Origin: an uncultured Vicinamibacteraceae bacterium
Lineage (GTDB): Bacteria; Acidobacteriota; Vicinamibacteria; Vicinamibacterales; UBA8438
Direction of reading: 5' to 3'
DNA length: 64,000 bases
Assembly (NCBI GenBank): GCA_964342185.1
Contig: CAYFER010000002.1
Location: 92,946-156,945 of the forward strand
In this document: piece by piece, positions 40,537-50,605 of the stretch
Position numbering within the stretch: position 1 is the stretch's first letter
How the letters are laid out: the number at the start of each line of letters is the position of its first letter
Notes under the pieces: model-generated
Database searches by the model: none
The model's input: the letters and a program-made list of their open reading frames with translations, nothing else
What the model was told of the DNA's origin: nothing
Position numbers and translations under genes: made by a program

Positions 40537-41691
40537 TTACCGGCGGTCAAGTTGAACATAAGCCTGAGGATACTCCAGACCAATGTACTCGGCGCGCGGT
40601 CGAATTAAGCGATTGTTGGAATATTGTTCCAAGACATGAGCGGTCCACCCTGACACCCGACTCACTGCAAATAGCGGCGTGAACAAAGCAATAGGAATGC
40701 CAAGTAAATAATAAGTCGACGCCGAATAAAAATCGACGTTTGCATCAAGCTGTTTTTCAGTTTTCATAACAGCTTCGATGCGTTGTGATATTTCAAACCA
40801 ACGATTATTCCCAGTCCTCTCCCCCACTTCTCGCGACATACGACGAAGATGGGTAGCCCGTGGGTCTTCGGTTCGATAAACACGATGTCCAAATCCAGGT
40901 ACCTTTTCCTTTTTCTTCAATTTTTCACGAATCAATTCGTCAACACGGTCGTTGTCAGCGGCCTCACCAATCCCCAGTAACATCTGCATGACAGCGGCGT
41001 TAGCACCACCATGTAAAGGACCTTTCAGCGCTCCAACACCCGCAACAATCGACGAATACAAATCGCTTAGTGTGGCGGCCGTGACCCGGCCAGCGAACGT
41101 CGAGGCATTCAACTCGTGGTCAGCATGAAGAATCAACGCAACATCCAAGGCCCGAGCCTCTACGGCGGTAGGCCGCGTTCCATTCAGCATCAATAAAAAG
41201 TTTGCTGCGTGACCTATTACGGGATCCGGTTCCACCATGTTGGCACCAGCTGACAAACGGCCATAGGTTGCAACTAGACTGCCCATTCTTGCTGTAAGTC
41301 GAACAGCCTGCCGATACCTAGATTCGGAAGAATCATCTTCGGCTTCTCCGTCAAAATGAGACAGTGCCGACACTAGTGTTCGCAGTCCTCCCATGGCGTC
41401 AGTGCTCATGTCGATCGGAAGCGATCGCATCAACCGAATGATTCCGTCAGGGAGCAACCGCGCCGCGGCCAACTGTGATTGCAGATCGCCAAGTTCTCCA
41501 CGAGTAGGAAGACGGCGATGCCACAGGAGAAAACAGACTTCCTCAAAGGTCGCGTGTTGAGCTAATTCGTGAATGTCGTAGCCACAATAAGCGAGCACTC
41601 CCTTAGCACCGTCGATATCACAAATCGTTGAAGATGTTGCCACAACACCTTCAAGTCCAGCCGTCGGTGGAGAAGTGTTTATGGTTGTCAT
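40537..41691 (-). CDS. gltA: Citrate synthase (about 380-aa type; could be 2-methylcitrate synthase)
   Basis: Conserved HADHE, GPLHGGAN, PGFGHRVY and DFYS motifs. Confidence 0.88.
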   Translation of the reverse strand: MTTINTSPPTAGLEGVVATSSTICDIDGAKGVLAYCGYDIHELAQHATFEEVCFLLWHRRLPTRGELGDLQSQLAAARLLPDGIIRLMRSLPIDMSTDAMGGLRTLVSALSHFDGEAEDDSSESRYRQAVRLTARMGSLVATYGRLSAGANMVEPDPVIGHAANFLLMLNGTRPTAVEARALDVALILHADHELNASTFAGRVTAATLSDLYSSIVAGVGALKGPLHGGANAAVMQMLLGIGEAADNDRVDELIREKLKKKEKVPGFGHRVYRTEDPRATHLRRMSREVGERTGNNRWFEISQRIEAVMKTEKQLDANVDFYSASTYYLLGIPIALFTPLFAVSRVSGWTAHVLEQYSNNRLIRPRAEYIGLEYPQAYVQLDRR

Positions 41692-41807
41692 ATTTTTAAC
41701 CGGCCACCAGAACTCAAACCTATAATGTCGGCACCAAATTCAACGACGTAGTCTATCGCAAGAAACCCGGTATCGAGACAACAGAAATTCAGTAAAAGAT
41801 GTTGAAA

Positions 41808-43331
41808 TCATTCCCCAGTAATCAGTAGTCGAGCAGAAACGTTACGCTTGAAAACTTGCTGTAAAAGTGACTTCAAGCCGATGTAAAGAAATCCTGACTG
41901 GAAGAGTATGAGAAATGGCAGTGTCATCAAGAGCCCATGCGAAACCGCATAGACGATACCCGCCGTGAAATATAGCCCTAAACAGACCTCGACGATAGGT
42001 TGTGCAACAGCAACCTGACGATATCCCTTGGTTAACCACTCATCGCCTTGACCTATAACTCCATATTTTGGGGTTCGTCTAAAAGTTGTCTTTCTCTCCA
42101 TCCAAGTGCCGACTACAGCCAGAGTGTTGTTTACGGACAGACCAATACCAATCGCCATAGCCGCAGGTATGTAGCGCATCTGCGCCACCCAATCGTCCCG
42201 AACCACCTGCTGGCTCACCGCGTAAAAATTAACAATTGACAGAGTGGCAGCACAAAAAATCGGCACGTCAATCAATAGAACCGATGGAGCTGAAATCATA
42301 TTTCGCACAACTAGGGCCGGAACCATAACAAGTGACAAAATTAGCATTAGAGGATGGTTTAAGTTCGCAGTCAGATGAAAAAAAGCTTCTAACTTAACGC
42401 GACTCGGGATGCGAGCACGCAACAACTTCGGCAAGAGCTTGAAACCCGTTTGGATTGACCCTCTCGCCCATCGATGCTGCTGTGTCTTGAAACCCGACAT
42501 CTCAACAGGAACCTCGGCTGGTGCAACTAAGTCTTGCAAGAACACAAAACGCCAACCAGCGAGTTGAGCCCGATAGCTCAAGTCGAGATCCTCAGTCAGC
42601 GTGTCAGACTGCCACCCACCCGCTGAATCGATCGCCTCGCGACGCCAAACTCCGGCGGTCCCATTGAAATTAAAGAATAGACCGCCGCGATTTCTCGCAC
42701 CGTGTTCCAAAATAAAATGGGCATCAAGAAACATTGCCTGCACACGAGTAAGGAGTGAGTAGTCCCGATTCAAGTGACCCCATCTTCCTTGGACCATACC
42801 AACCCTCGGGTCGTGAAAAGGCACCAAAACCCGCGAGAGAAAATCTGGTGGCGGAACAAAATCAGCGTCGAAAATTGCAATTAATTCGCCGCGGGCTTTC
42901 GTTAGCCCCTCCGCCAAAGCACCAGCCTTAAATCCTTCTCGATTGTTACGATGAAGATAGTGGATATCAAGGCCCCGAAGACTAGCTCGAACAACTGCGT
43001 TTTGAGCAATCTCCTGGGTCTCATCGGTAGAGTCATCGAGCACCTGCACCTCAAAACAGTCTCTTGGATAGTTCAAATTGGCAACCGCATTGACAAGGCG
43101 GTCGACCACATATTTTTCATTGTAGACGGGAAGCTGAACCGTTACAAAAGGGACTTTCTGGCGTCTGGTCGACTTCTCAAACAACACAACATCCTCACCT
43201 ATGTCTCCTGCAACCGATTGCCGGTGTTTTATGTAAAGATACACAAGGTAACAGCGATGCAAACCAAACAGACTCAGACAGACAAGAACGACAAAATAGA
43301 GGCCGAGTAGCAAAGATACGAATGAAGTCAT
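41808..43331 (-). CDS. Integral-membrane processive family-2 glycosyltransferase (cellulose-synthase/CslA-like)
   Basis: N-terminal TM, GT2 core with the VQVLDDSTD, FDADF and TEDLDLS aspartates, a QxxRW motif (QQHRWARG), and multiple C-terminal TM helices. Confidence 0.8.
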   Translation of the reverse strand: MTSFVSLLLGLYFVVLVCLSLFGLHRCYLVYLYIKHRQSVAGDIGEDVVLFEKSTRRQKVPFVTVQLPVYNEKYVVDRLVNAVANLNYPRDCFEVQVLDDSTDETQEIAQNAVVRASLRGLDIHYLHRNNREGFKAGALAEGLTKARGELIAIFDADFVPPPDFLSRVLVPFHDPRVGMVQGRWGHLNRDYSLLTRVQAMFLDAHFILEHGARNRGGLFFNFNGTAGVWRREAIDSAGGWQSDTLTEDLDLSYRAQLAGWRFVFLQDLVAPAEVPVEMSGFKTQQHRWARGSIQTGFKLLPKLLRARIPSRVKLEAFFHLTANLNHPLMLILSLVMVPALVVRNMISAPSVLLIDVPIFCAATLSIVNFYAVSQQVVRDDWVAQMRYIPAAMAIGIGLSVNNTLAVVGTWMERKTTFRRTPKYGVIGQGDEWLTKGYRQVAVAQPIVEVCLGLYFTAGIVYAVSHGLLMTLPFLILFQSGFLYIGLKSLLQQVFKRNVSARLLITGE

Positions 43332-43445
43332 CGGCGGAACGTGAATGGATGAGTGGCGGTTACGATTCTTAGCTCAAGTTACATTTCGGTGGTCCACAAG
43401 TCAAACAGGCTAAATTAAACTGATAATAAACTTCAGCCTCATCGA

Positions 43446-44222
43446 ATGAATCAACAATCATTGCGGAAAATTCTTGAACGAGTCGAAAACCGCGAGGTCA
43501 GCATTGACCAAGCACAAGACGAACTCGTCAATGTTCTAAAACACCAACCTTTCGAAGATATAGGCTTTGCCAGAATCGATCATCACCGCTCACTCCGCAC
43601 TGGCATGCCAGAAGTGATCTATGGAGCTGGAAAAACACCGCACCAAGTAGCGGTGATCGCTGAGCGCCTTGTTGCGGCGGGACAAATACTGCTAGTTACA
43701 CGGACAGACGAACCTACGTATGAGGCTGTAAAACGGGTTGTCCCCAATTCTAAGTTTCATTCGCAAGCTCGAATAATCACTTTGGAAGACTCAACACCGC
43801 AAACCGGAAAAGGCGTAGTCCTAGTAGTTGCAGCCGGCACTTCAGACCTCCAAGTTGCTGAAGAAGCTAGAGTGTCGTCTGAAACGTTAGGAAATCACAC
43901 CGATTCTTTATACGACGTCGGAGTAGCAGGAATACATCGACTCTTAGCGGAACAAACGCGGCTTGAAGCTGCCCGAGTCATCGTAGCAGTAGCTGGGATG
44001 GAGGGCGCATTACCAAGCGTTATTGGAGGACTCGTCAGCATTCCGGTGGTAGCAGTTCCTACAAGCGTTGGGTATGGTGCCAATTTTGGTGGGCTGACTG
44101 CACTTCTTGGCATGTTGAACAGCTGCTCGTCTGGTGTAGCAGTCGTTAACATAGACAACGGGTTCGGTGGTGCAGCTATGGCAAGCATCATCAACCACTT
44201 AGACTCAGGAGGGGAGTCATGA
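43446..44222 (+). CDS. larB: LarB-like (AIR-carboxylase-related) nickel-pincer cofactor biosynthesis protein
   Basis: 258 aa. A PurE-like domain (VVLVVAAGTSDLQVAEEA ... AVAGMEGALPSV) is preceded by the characteristic LarB N-terminal helical extension. Confidence 0.75.
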   Translation: MNQQSLRKILERVENREVSIDQAQDELVNVLKHQPFEDIGFARIDHHRSLRTGMPEVIYGAGKTPHQVAVIAERLVAAGQILLVTRTDEPTYEAVKRVVPNSKFHSQARIITLEDSTPQTGKGVVLVVAAGTSDLQVAEEARVSSETLGNHTDSLYDVGVAGIHRLLAEQTRLEAARVIVAVAGMEGALPSVIGGLVSIPVVAVPTSVGYGANFGGLTALLGMLNSCSSGVAVVNIDNGFGGAAMASIINHLDSGGES

Positions 44223-46714
44223 CCGAAGAAACGCTCCGGTTACTAGAGTTTGACCGGATCGTTGAAGCAGTAAGAAGCTTTGCCCAAACCCCCTTGGGCA
44301 AGGAAAAACTCGATACATTACATCCACTCACGGACCCCGGAAGTGTCCGAGTTGCTCTCGCTCAAACTACCGAAGGTGTCCGGTATCTGAAAGCCGACAA
44401 TCGGTTCTCCCTCAAAGCAACTGCTGAAATAGACAAGGCGCTGACAGCACTAGCAGTGGAAGGACGTGCTCTCGAACCAAAGAAATTATTGGCGATAGTA
44501 GAGCTACTTACATCAGTTACTGTAGTTCGCCGCGCCATTACTCAAGCTTCAGGTGGCCCTTTTCCCTCACTCCAAGCTGTGCTGGATGGATGTCAGTCGT
44601 TCAAACAAGAAATTTCACAAATTGTTGAAAAAGTCGATCCCGCCTACGGCGTCCTAGACAATGCATCGAAACAACTTAAGGGAATCCGAGACCGACTACG
44701 AAGACAACGCGATCGTTTACGAGGAATCCTGAATTCCTATCTGAAAAACAAAGAGACCAGTCAGTATCTGCAAGAGCAAGTAATTACAGAACGAAATGGC
44801 CGTTACGTCCTCGTACTAAAGTCCGAACACAAACACTCAATTCCGGGCATTGTGCACGCTAGTTCAGGAAGTGGTGCAAGCCTCTTTCTGGAACCACTGA
44901 GCACTGTCGATATAAATAATGAAATCGTTGCCATTGAACAGACAGAACACGTTGAAATTCAAAGAATTCTTCTTGAGTTGGCAAATAACTTACGTAAGAG
45001 AGCGGTCGATCTTAGGACCACATTGACAGCTGCAGCCGAAATCGATTTTATTCAAGCACGCTCATCGTTCTCTCTACTACTGGACGGCGTCGAGCCATCA
45101 CTCTGCTCGGCAAGTCAAATTAAGTACCTCAAGGCCCGCCATCCCCTTCTGATTCCAGAGGTACAAGCCCGTTTGCAACCGATAGATCAAAGACCCGCCG
45201 GCAAACCAGTTCCTAACGATGTAGTAATTGACCCGCCGAACAACACCCTCGTGATTACGGGTCCCAACACGGGCGGAAAAACGGTCGCACTCAAGACCGC
45301 CGGACTGCTTGCATTAATGGCTCAAGCCGGACTACACATTCCTGCCGATCACGGTTCAATGACACCCGTATTTCGAACGGTTTTCTCAGACATCGGTGAC
45401 GAGCAATCAATTTCTGACAGCTTGTCGACGTTCTCCGCTCACATAACCAACATCATCTCTCTAGATAGGCGGCTAAAATTACCTGCACTAGTCTTACTTG
45501 ACGAAATCGGAACAGGCACAGACCCAATAGAAGGTGGTGCACTTGCCACGGCCATTGTCGATCACTTTCGGCAACGTGGCACATTAATTATTGTCACAAC
45601 ACACAACGATGCCTTGAAATCCTATGCTTCGACAACACCAAGTGTCGTCTGTAGCGGCATGGGTTTCAATGCTGAGACTTACGCACCAACATATCAACTT
45701 CTCTACGGCTCTCCAGGACGGAGTCTCGGTCTTGAGATCGCTGCGCGCCTAGGTATGCCTGAGTCAATTATCGATGCGGCAAAACGGAAACGGGGCTACA
45801 GAGAAACTCAACTTGCCGAACAGCTTACGAAGGTCGACGAAAATCTGCAACAAATCGAAACAGAACGAAAGCAGTTGTTCAAAGAACGGCAGCAGCTGAC
45901 GACCACGCGTGATCAACTGATTTCGGATCGTCGAGCTCAGGAAATGCGCGAGGCCAGCTTCAAGGAACGAATGGCTTCACGTCTGAATATTCATGTGCGA
46001 GAGGCGCGTACGGAAATTGACGCAATTGTTCATGACCTTAAATCAAAAGCGTCCGAACTCGCACGTGCCAGAACCCAAACACCTTCTGGCGACCAGACCG
46101 GTCTTTCAACCGGAGACGCCGGACAATTACGAACTACCGCCACTCGTGCCATCAGTCGCATTGCAGCGAAAGCTACAACTTTTGCGGACTTAGGAGAGTT
46201 CAGCGATGATAGCCACACATCTGAAGCGGGAAAGTTTTTTACATGTGCGAAACCGCCTGAGATTGGAGAAATCGTGATCGTAGACGTTCTCGGGATCAAA
46301 GGGCGTATGCTAAGCCTAAACAATGGCCAGGCTGAGGTTGACGTGCTGGGTAAACGCCTTCAAGTTAAAGTCCAGGAACTTCGCCCCGTGAACCAAGAGG
46401 AAGCCGCTTCGACATCTCCAGATACGCCAACTGGCGGTGTGACTGTCATCGCCAACACAATTCAAGGAGACCTCAGCGACCTTAATGTAATTGGCTGTAA
46501 CGTTGAAGAGGCACAAGAAACAATTGAAAAACATCTTGACCGAGCAATACTCCAAGAGCAGCAACGAATTCGCATAATCCATGGCCACGGAACAGGTCGA
46601 CTTAGGCGTTCAATTGGAGATCTACTGAAAAGACATCCCCAAGTTGTTCGGTTTACGCCAGCACCACCAGAACAAGGCGGAAGTGCCGTCACCCTGGTGG
46701 ACCTTAAGGATTAA
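44219..46714 (+). CDS. mutS2: Endonuclease MutS2 (MutS domain + C-terminal Smr)
   Basis: ITGPNTGGKT Walker A, DEIGTGTDP, coiled-coil middle, and a C-terminal Smr domain (IIHGHGTGRLRRSI), 831 aa. ATGA overlap with larB. Confidence 0.92.
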   Translation: MTEETLRLLEFDRIVEAVRSFAQTPLGKEKLDTLHPLTDPGSVRVALAQTTEGVRYLKADNRFSLKATAEIDKALTALAVEGRALEPKKLLAIVELLTSVTVVRRAITQASGGPFPSLQAVLDGCQSFKQEISQIVEKVDPAYGVLDNASKQLKGIRDRLRRQRDRLRGILNSYLKNKETSQYLQEQVITERNGRYVLVLKSEHKHSIPGIVHASSGSGASLFLEPLSTVDINNEIVAIEQTEHVEIQRILLELANNLRKRAVDLRTTLTAAAEIDFIQARSSFSLLLDGVEPSLCSASQIKYLKARHPLLIPEVQARLQPIDQRPAGKPVPNDVVIDPPNNTLVITGPNTGGKTVALKTAGLLALMAQAGLHIPADHGSMTPVFRTVFSDIGDEQSISDSLSTFSAHITNIISLDRRLKLPALVLLDEIGTGTDPIEGGALATAIVDHFRQRGTLIIVTTHNDALKSYASTTPSVVCSGMGFNAETYAPTYQLLYGSPGRSLGLEIAARLGMPESIIDAAKRKRGYRETQLAEQLTKVDENLQQIETERKQLFKERQQLTTTRDQLISDRRAQEMREASFKERMASRLNIHVREARTEIDAIVHDLKSKASELARARTQTPSGDQTGLSTGDAGQLRTTATRAISRIAAKATTFADLGEFSDDSHTSEAGKFFTCAKPPEIGEIVIVDVLGIKGRMLSLNNGQAEVDVLGKRLQVKVQELRPVNQEEAASTSPDTPTGGVTVIANTIQGDLSDLNVIGCNVEEAQETIEKHLDRAILQEQQRIRIIHGHGTGRLRRSIGDLLKRHPQVVRFTPAPPEQGGSAVTLVDLKD

Positions 46715-46716
46715 AG

Positions 46717-48489
46717 GTGGGACGATTTCCACAGGGGTTTGTCGACGATCTTAAGTTACAAGCGGACATAGTGCAGGTGATCCAAGAATATGTTCCACTA
46801 AAAAAATCAGGGGCAACCTTTAAAGGACTTTGCCCATTTCATAATGAGAAAACACCGTCATTCAATGTTAACGGTGATAAGGGTTTCTTTCACTGTTTCG
46901 GCTGCGGAATAGGCGGTGACGTCGTCAAATTTATCGAACTCCAAGAGAAACTCAACTTTCCAGAAGCAGTCCGTCAACTTGCACAACGGTTCAGTGTTGA
47001 AATTCCTGAACCAGCTGATTTAGAACACGATATTGCTGCGGAAGCACGTCGAGAAATTTTGCTTACTCTTCATGACTCGGCAGCAAGTTATTTTCAAGAA
47101 CAACTCAACGCGCCTTCTGGTCGGTATGCACGACGTGTGCTCGAGCAGAGAGAGATCACACCAGAGACCATAAAACGTCTGGGGCTAGGGTATGCTCCTC
47201 AACAGCGGGAAGCGTTGACGAATCGGCTACTTGCTGCGGGTCATCAACCAGACCTAATTTTGGCAAGCGGTTTGGCTATTCAAAGAGAAGGAAACAAGTT
47301 AATCGATCGGTTTCGCAATAGACTCATGATTCCCATCTGTCGGACTAGCGGTTCGGTAATTGCATTTGGTGGTAGAGCTCTAGAAAGCGGACAACAGCCC
47401 AAATATGTTAATTCTCCAGAGACTGAACTCTACACGAAAGGCCGTACGCTCTATGGCCTGCATCTGACGAAGGACGCGATTCGACGCCTTGGATACTCTG
47501 TGATGGTAGAAGGCTATTTTGATTTTGCACAAGCAATGCAAGCTGGAGTAGCACCATTAGTCGCCACCTGCGGCACAGCAGTAACCAACCACCAGACGCG
47601 ACTACTTAAGCGATTTACTCCAAAGGTAATCCTAAGCTTCGACTCAGACACGGCCGGCCAAAATGCTTCGACTCGTTCGGGAGAACTATTAGTCTCAGAA
47701 GGACTTCAGGTCAATGTAGCTGTTTTGGACAAAGGCGAAGACCCAGATACAAGTGTGCGGCATAGAGGTCCGGCACATTACATAAAGCAGTTAAAAGAAT
47801 CCACACCGTACCTTGAGTTTGTCTTAGACCGGGCCTCTAATCGTTACGATTTTTCAAGCGATCAGCAAAGACGTGCATTTCTCACAGAAATGCTTAGTAT
47901 TGCAGCCAAGATTCCAGATGCTGCATCCCGGGACCAGTTTGCGGATAAACTGGCACACAAGGCGCGAGTCTTAGAAGACGTCGTTCGAACCGAGATTCGA
48001 CGAGCCGCGGTGGCACGACGAACGAAACTTACCGTAGAGACTCCTGACTCGGTGACTAGGATAACGCCGGCAGAACGTGGAATCCTCTGGGCGATAATGT
48101 GCAACACTTCGGAAGCACAAGAAGTAATTGCAGAATTGGATCCTGAGGATTTCGACGGTTTGACAACATCGCCGATCTTGCAGGTCGCGAAAACCTTAGT
48201 CGACTGGCCTGTCAACTCGATCAATCAGGCTCTACTCGACAGAGTAACTGACGAACAAGCCGCACTTACCAGTCGAATCGCCTCTGAACCTGAAGCACCA
48301 GCGCGGATATATGATTGTGCAATTGAATTAAAACGACTTCGCTTGGAACGAGAACGACACACGCTCCAGAGTGAAATCGACCGGAGGCAATTAAAAATAA
48401 CAGCAGAGCAATCTGAAGACGAACTTGTAAACGACTTACTTAAGCGTAAACACGACTTATTGCAGCGCATTGCAGCGTTAGAAGAGTAG
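46717..48489 (+). CDS. dnaG: DNA primase
   Basis: Zinc-binding CPFHNEKTPSFNV...FHCFGCG and a TOPRIM domain (MVEGYFD). GTG start 2 nt after the mutS2 stop. Confidence 0.95.
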   Translation: MGRFPQGFVDDLKLQADIVQVIQEYVPLKKSGATFKGLCPFHNEKTPSFNVNGDKGFFHCFGCGIGGDVVKFIELQEKLNFPEAVRQLAQRFSVEIPEPADLEHDIAAEARREILLTLHDSAASYFQEQLNAPSGRYARRVLEQREITPETIKRLGLGYAPQQREALTNRLLAAGHQPDLILASGLAIQREGNKLIDRFRNRLMIPICRTSGSVIAFGGRALESGQQPKYVNSPETELYTKGRTLYGLHLTKDAIRRLGYSVMVEGYFDFAQAMQAGVAPLVATCGTAVTNHQTRLLKRFTPKVILSFDSDTAGQNASTRSGELLVSEGLQVNVAVLDKGEDPDTSVRHRGPAHYIKQLKESTPYLEFVLDRASNRYDFSSDQQRRAFLTEMLSIAAKIPDAASRDQFADKLAHKARVLEDVVRTEIRRAAVARRTKLTVETPDSVTRITPAERGILWAIMCNTSEAQEVIAELDPEDFDGLTTSPILQVAKTLVDWPVNSINQALLDRVTDEQAALTSRIASEPEAPARIYDCAIELKRLRLERERHTLQSEIDRRQLKITAEQSEDELVNDLLKRKHDLLQRIAALEE

Positions 48490-48564
48490 AATAATCGACT
48501 AGCACTCGGCTCTAACTGGCCTTCTTCGCGTTATTTGACGGTCTAACGATTTAGGGAGAACACC

Positions 48565-50268
48565 TTGTCGCTTGAAGAGAAATACGACGAGATTCGCCAA
48601 CTAATAATCATCGGCAAGGAAAAGGGTTATCTACTGTACGAAGAAGTGAACGATGCTCTTCCAACAGACCTCACCTCTTCCGAAGACCTCGAAGATCTCT
48701 TTGGTTTACTAGGCACTACCGGTATTGAAATCGTCGACTCAGAAGACCAATATCGAGAAGAAAAGCTTCTTGACAGAACTGTTAAAGAAAAAAACACTGC
48801 TGAAACCGAAGTTGTACCGGCTGCCATCGATAAAACAAACGATCCGGTAAAGATGTATCTGAGAGAAATGGGTACTGTCCCACTCCTTAACCGTGAGGGT
48901 GAGGTAGAAATCGCCAAGCGGATTGAACGAGGCAAACTGGCTGCACTAAAATCGATTTCCCGAGTGCCGGCTGTCTCAAAGGTGATCATCCGGCTAGGAG
49001 AACAACTTGAAACTGGCGAGCGAACAATTCGAGAGCTTGTCACATTTAAGGACGATGAATTAACTGATAGCCGGATCGCCGACCGAACAAGGCAAATTCT
49101 TCGGCAGATCGATACCATTCAAAAAAAGCGAATAGAAGTTGACAGGAAAACAATCAAACTCAATACCATTTCAAAACGAGACCGGAGAAGATACCGGCGA
49201 GCATGGTGGCGTGTAGGGCGGACACGGATTGAACTCTCTCAACTAATTCGGCAGATCGAGTTCACTGATCCAGTCAAACGTAACCTAACCAATGTGATCA
49301 AGAAATCAGTGGAACGTATGAAGCGTATCCAACACGAGATCGATTTTTTGAATCGTAAAGTCAAGGACAAAACACAACTGAGGAAAGTAAAGGGCGAAGA
49401 ACAAAAGAATTTGATAAGACGGCTCCGTGAACAACGAAGGGAACTGCGAGTTCGAGTAGACGATCTGGAAACAACACCCGAGAAACTAGACCATACCCTT
49501 TCAGTTGTGATGCGGGGAGAGCTGGAAGCCGAGGACGCAAAACAGGAATTGGTCGAGGCCAACCTTCGATTAGTCGTTTCTATTGCAAAGAAATACACCA
49601 ACCGCGGGTTGCAATTCCTTGACCTTATTCAGGAAGGGAACATCGGCCTAATGAAGGCCGTCGATAAATTTGAATATCGCCGGGGTTACAAGTTCTCTAC
49701 CTATGCTACTTGGTGGATTCGGCAAGCGATCACCCGCGCAATAGCAGATCAAGCAAGAACCATCCGTATTCCGGTTCACATGATTGAAACGATTAACAAG
49801 CTAATCCGAACATCACGGTCATTAGTCCAAGAGTATGGACGCGAACCAACTTCCGAAGAAATCGCCGAGCGGATGGATATTCCCGTCATAAAAGTTCGAA
49901 AGGTTTTGAAGATTGCCCAAGAGCCGATCTCCCTAGAAACACCTATCGGTGATGAGGAAGACAGCCACTTGGGCGATTTTATTGAGGACAAGCAAGTTAT
50001 ATCGCCTGCAGAAACCGTTATCAGCTTAAGCCTAAAAGAACAGACTGACTCAATCTTGAAAACGTTGACACCACGGGAAGAGAAAGTGATCAAGATGCGG
50101 TTCGGAGTCGGAGAGAGAAGCGAGCATACCTTAGAAGAAGTAGGTCAGAATTTTGCGGTGACACGTGAACGAATCCGTCAGATCGAGGCCAAAGCCCTAC
50201 GAAAACTCCGACATCCCTCACGAAGCCGAAAACTGCGAGCTTTTCTCGACGATGGACCTAGCGGGTAG
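48565..50268 (+). CDS. rpoD: Primary RNA polymerase sigma factor (sigma-70)
   Basis: Regions 1.1 to 4.2 are recognisable ([68 protein letters not shown]). TTG start with an upstream AGGGAG. Confidence 0.96.
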   Translation: MSLEEKYDEIRQLIIIGKEKGYLLYEEVNDALPTDLTSSEDLEDLFGLLGTTGIEIVDSEDQYREEKLLDRTVKEKNTAETEVVPAAIDKTNDPVKMYLREMGTVPLLNREGEVEIAKRIERGKLAALKSISRVPAVSKVIIRLGEQLETGERTIRELVTFKDDELTDSRIADRTRQILRQIDTIQKKRIEVDRKTIKLNTISKRDRRRYRRAWWRVGRTRIELSQLIRQIEFTDPVKRNLTNVIKKSVERMKRIQHEIDFLNRKVKDKTQLRKVKGEEQKNLIRRLREQRRELRVRVDDLETTPEKLDHTLSVVMRGELEAEDAKQELVEANLRLVVSIAKKYTNRGLQFLDLIQEGNIGLMKAVDKFEYRRGYKFSTYATWWIRQAITRAIADQARTIRIPVHMIETINKLIRTSRSLVQEYGREPTSEEIAERMDIPVIKVRKVLKIAQEPISLETPIGDEEDSHLGDFIEDKQVISPAETVISLSLKEQTDSILKTLTPREEKVIKMRFGVGERSEHTLEEVGQNFAVTRERIRQIEAKALRKLRHPSRSRKLRAFLDDGPSG

Positions 50269-50271
50269 TCA

Positions 50272-50347
50272 GGGCCCATAGCTCAGCGGTCAGAGCCGCC
50301 GGCTCATAACCGGCTTGTCCCAGGTTCGAATCCTGGTGGGCCCACCA
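50272..50347 (+). tRNA. tRNA with anticodon CAT (elongator Met, or Ile2 if lysidine-modified), CCA encoded
   Basis: Manual cloverleaf: acceptor GGGCCCA/TGGGCCC, D stem GCTC/GAGC, anticodon stem GCCGG/CCGGC with loop CTCATAA, T stem CCAGG/CCTGG with loop TTCGAAT, discriminator A, then CCA. The G1:C72 pair excludes an initiator. Confidence 0.93.
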
Positions 50348-50561
50348 TTTCTTGTTATGTTTATCTTCCTTCAAAAATTAGAATCACAACTTCGATTCAC
50401 CCAGGCTCAACCTGATTAGACGAGTCTCACGTGCCATCATCCTCAAGCAAGATCGTGCTAGTATCTGATTTTGAATGATTGCCCGCTTGCTAGCACTCTA
50501 TCGTGTGACTCAACACAGAACCTCAGGCTGCCGAGTCACCCAGGCCTCACAAACCACAGCG

Positions 50562-50586
50562 CCCCGTTTATCCGGGGATTTTTTTT
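50562..50586 (+). terminator. Putative intrinsic terminator upstream of the zinc-ribbon gene
   Basis: Stem ccccg (50562-66) / cgggg (50573-77), loop tttatc, then A + T8 (50579-86). Confidence 0.5.
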
Positions 50587-50605
50587 GCCCATCAGGACAA
50601 ACACG

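Noticed and set aside
48627-50093. Minus-strand ORFs 48627..49118, 49239..49601 and 49776..50093 (Ser/Arg-rich)
   Set aside because: They lie antisense within rpoD, whose frame is unambiguous. Their biased composition is typical of shadows of Glu/Lys/Arg-rich coding sequence.
50272-50605. Integrated element or attachment site at the tRNA gene
   Set aside because: The decamer repeated downstream (TCACCCAGGC) is not derived from the tRNA 3' end. No integrase or foreign-looking genes follow, and the next genes are conserved housekeeping genes.
50471-50605. N-terminal 45-aa extension of the zinc-ribbon protein from a TTG start
   Set aside because: The extension would be translated across an intrinsic terminator and a T8 tract. 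The conserved coiled-coil begins at the ATG at 50606.
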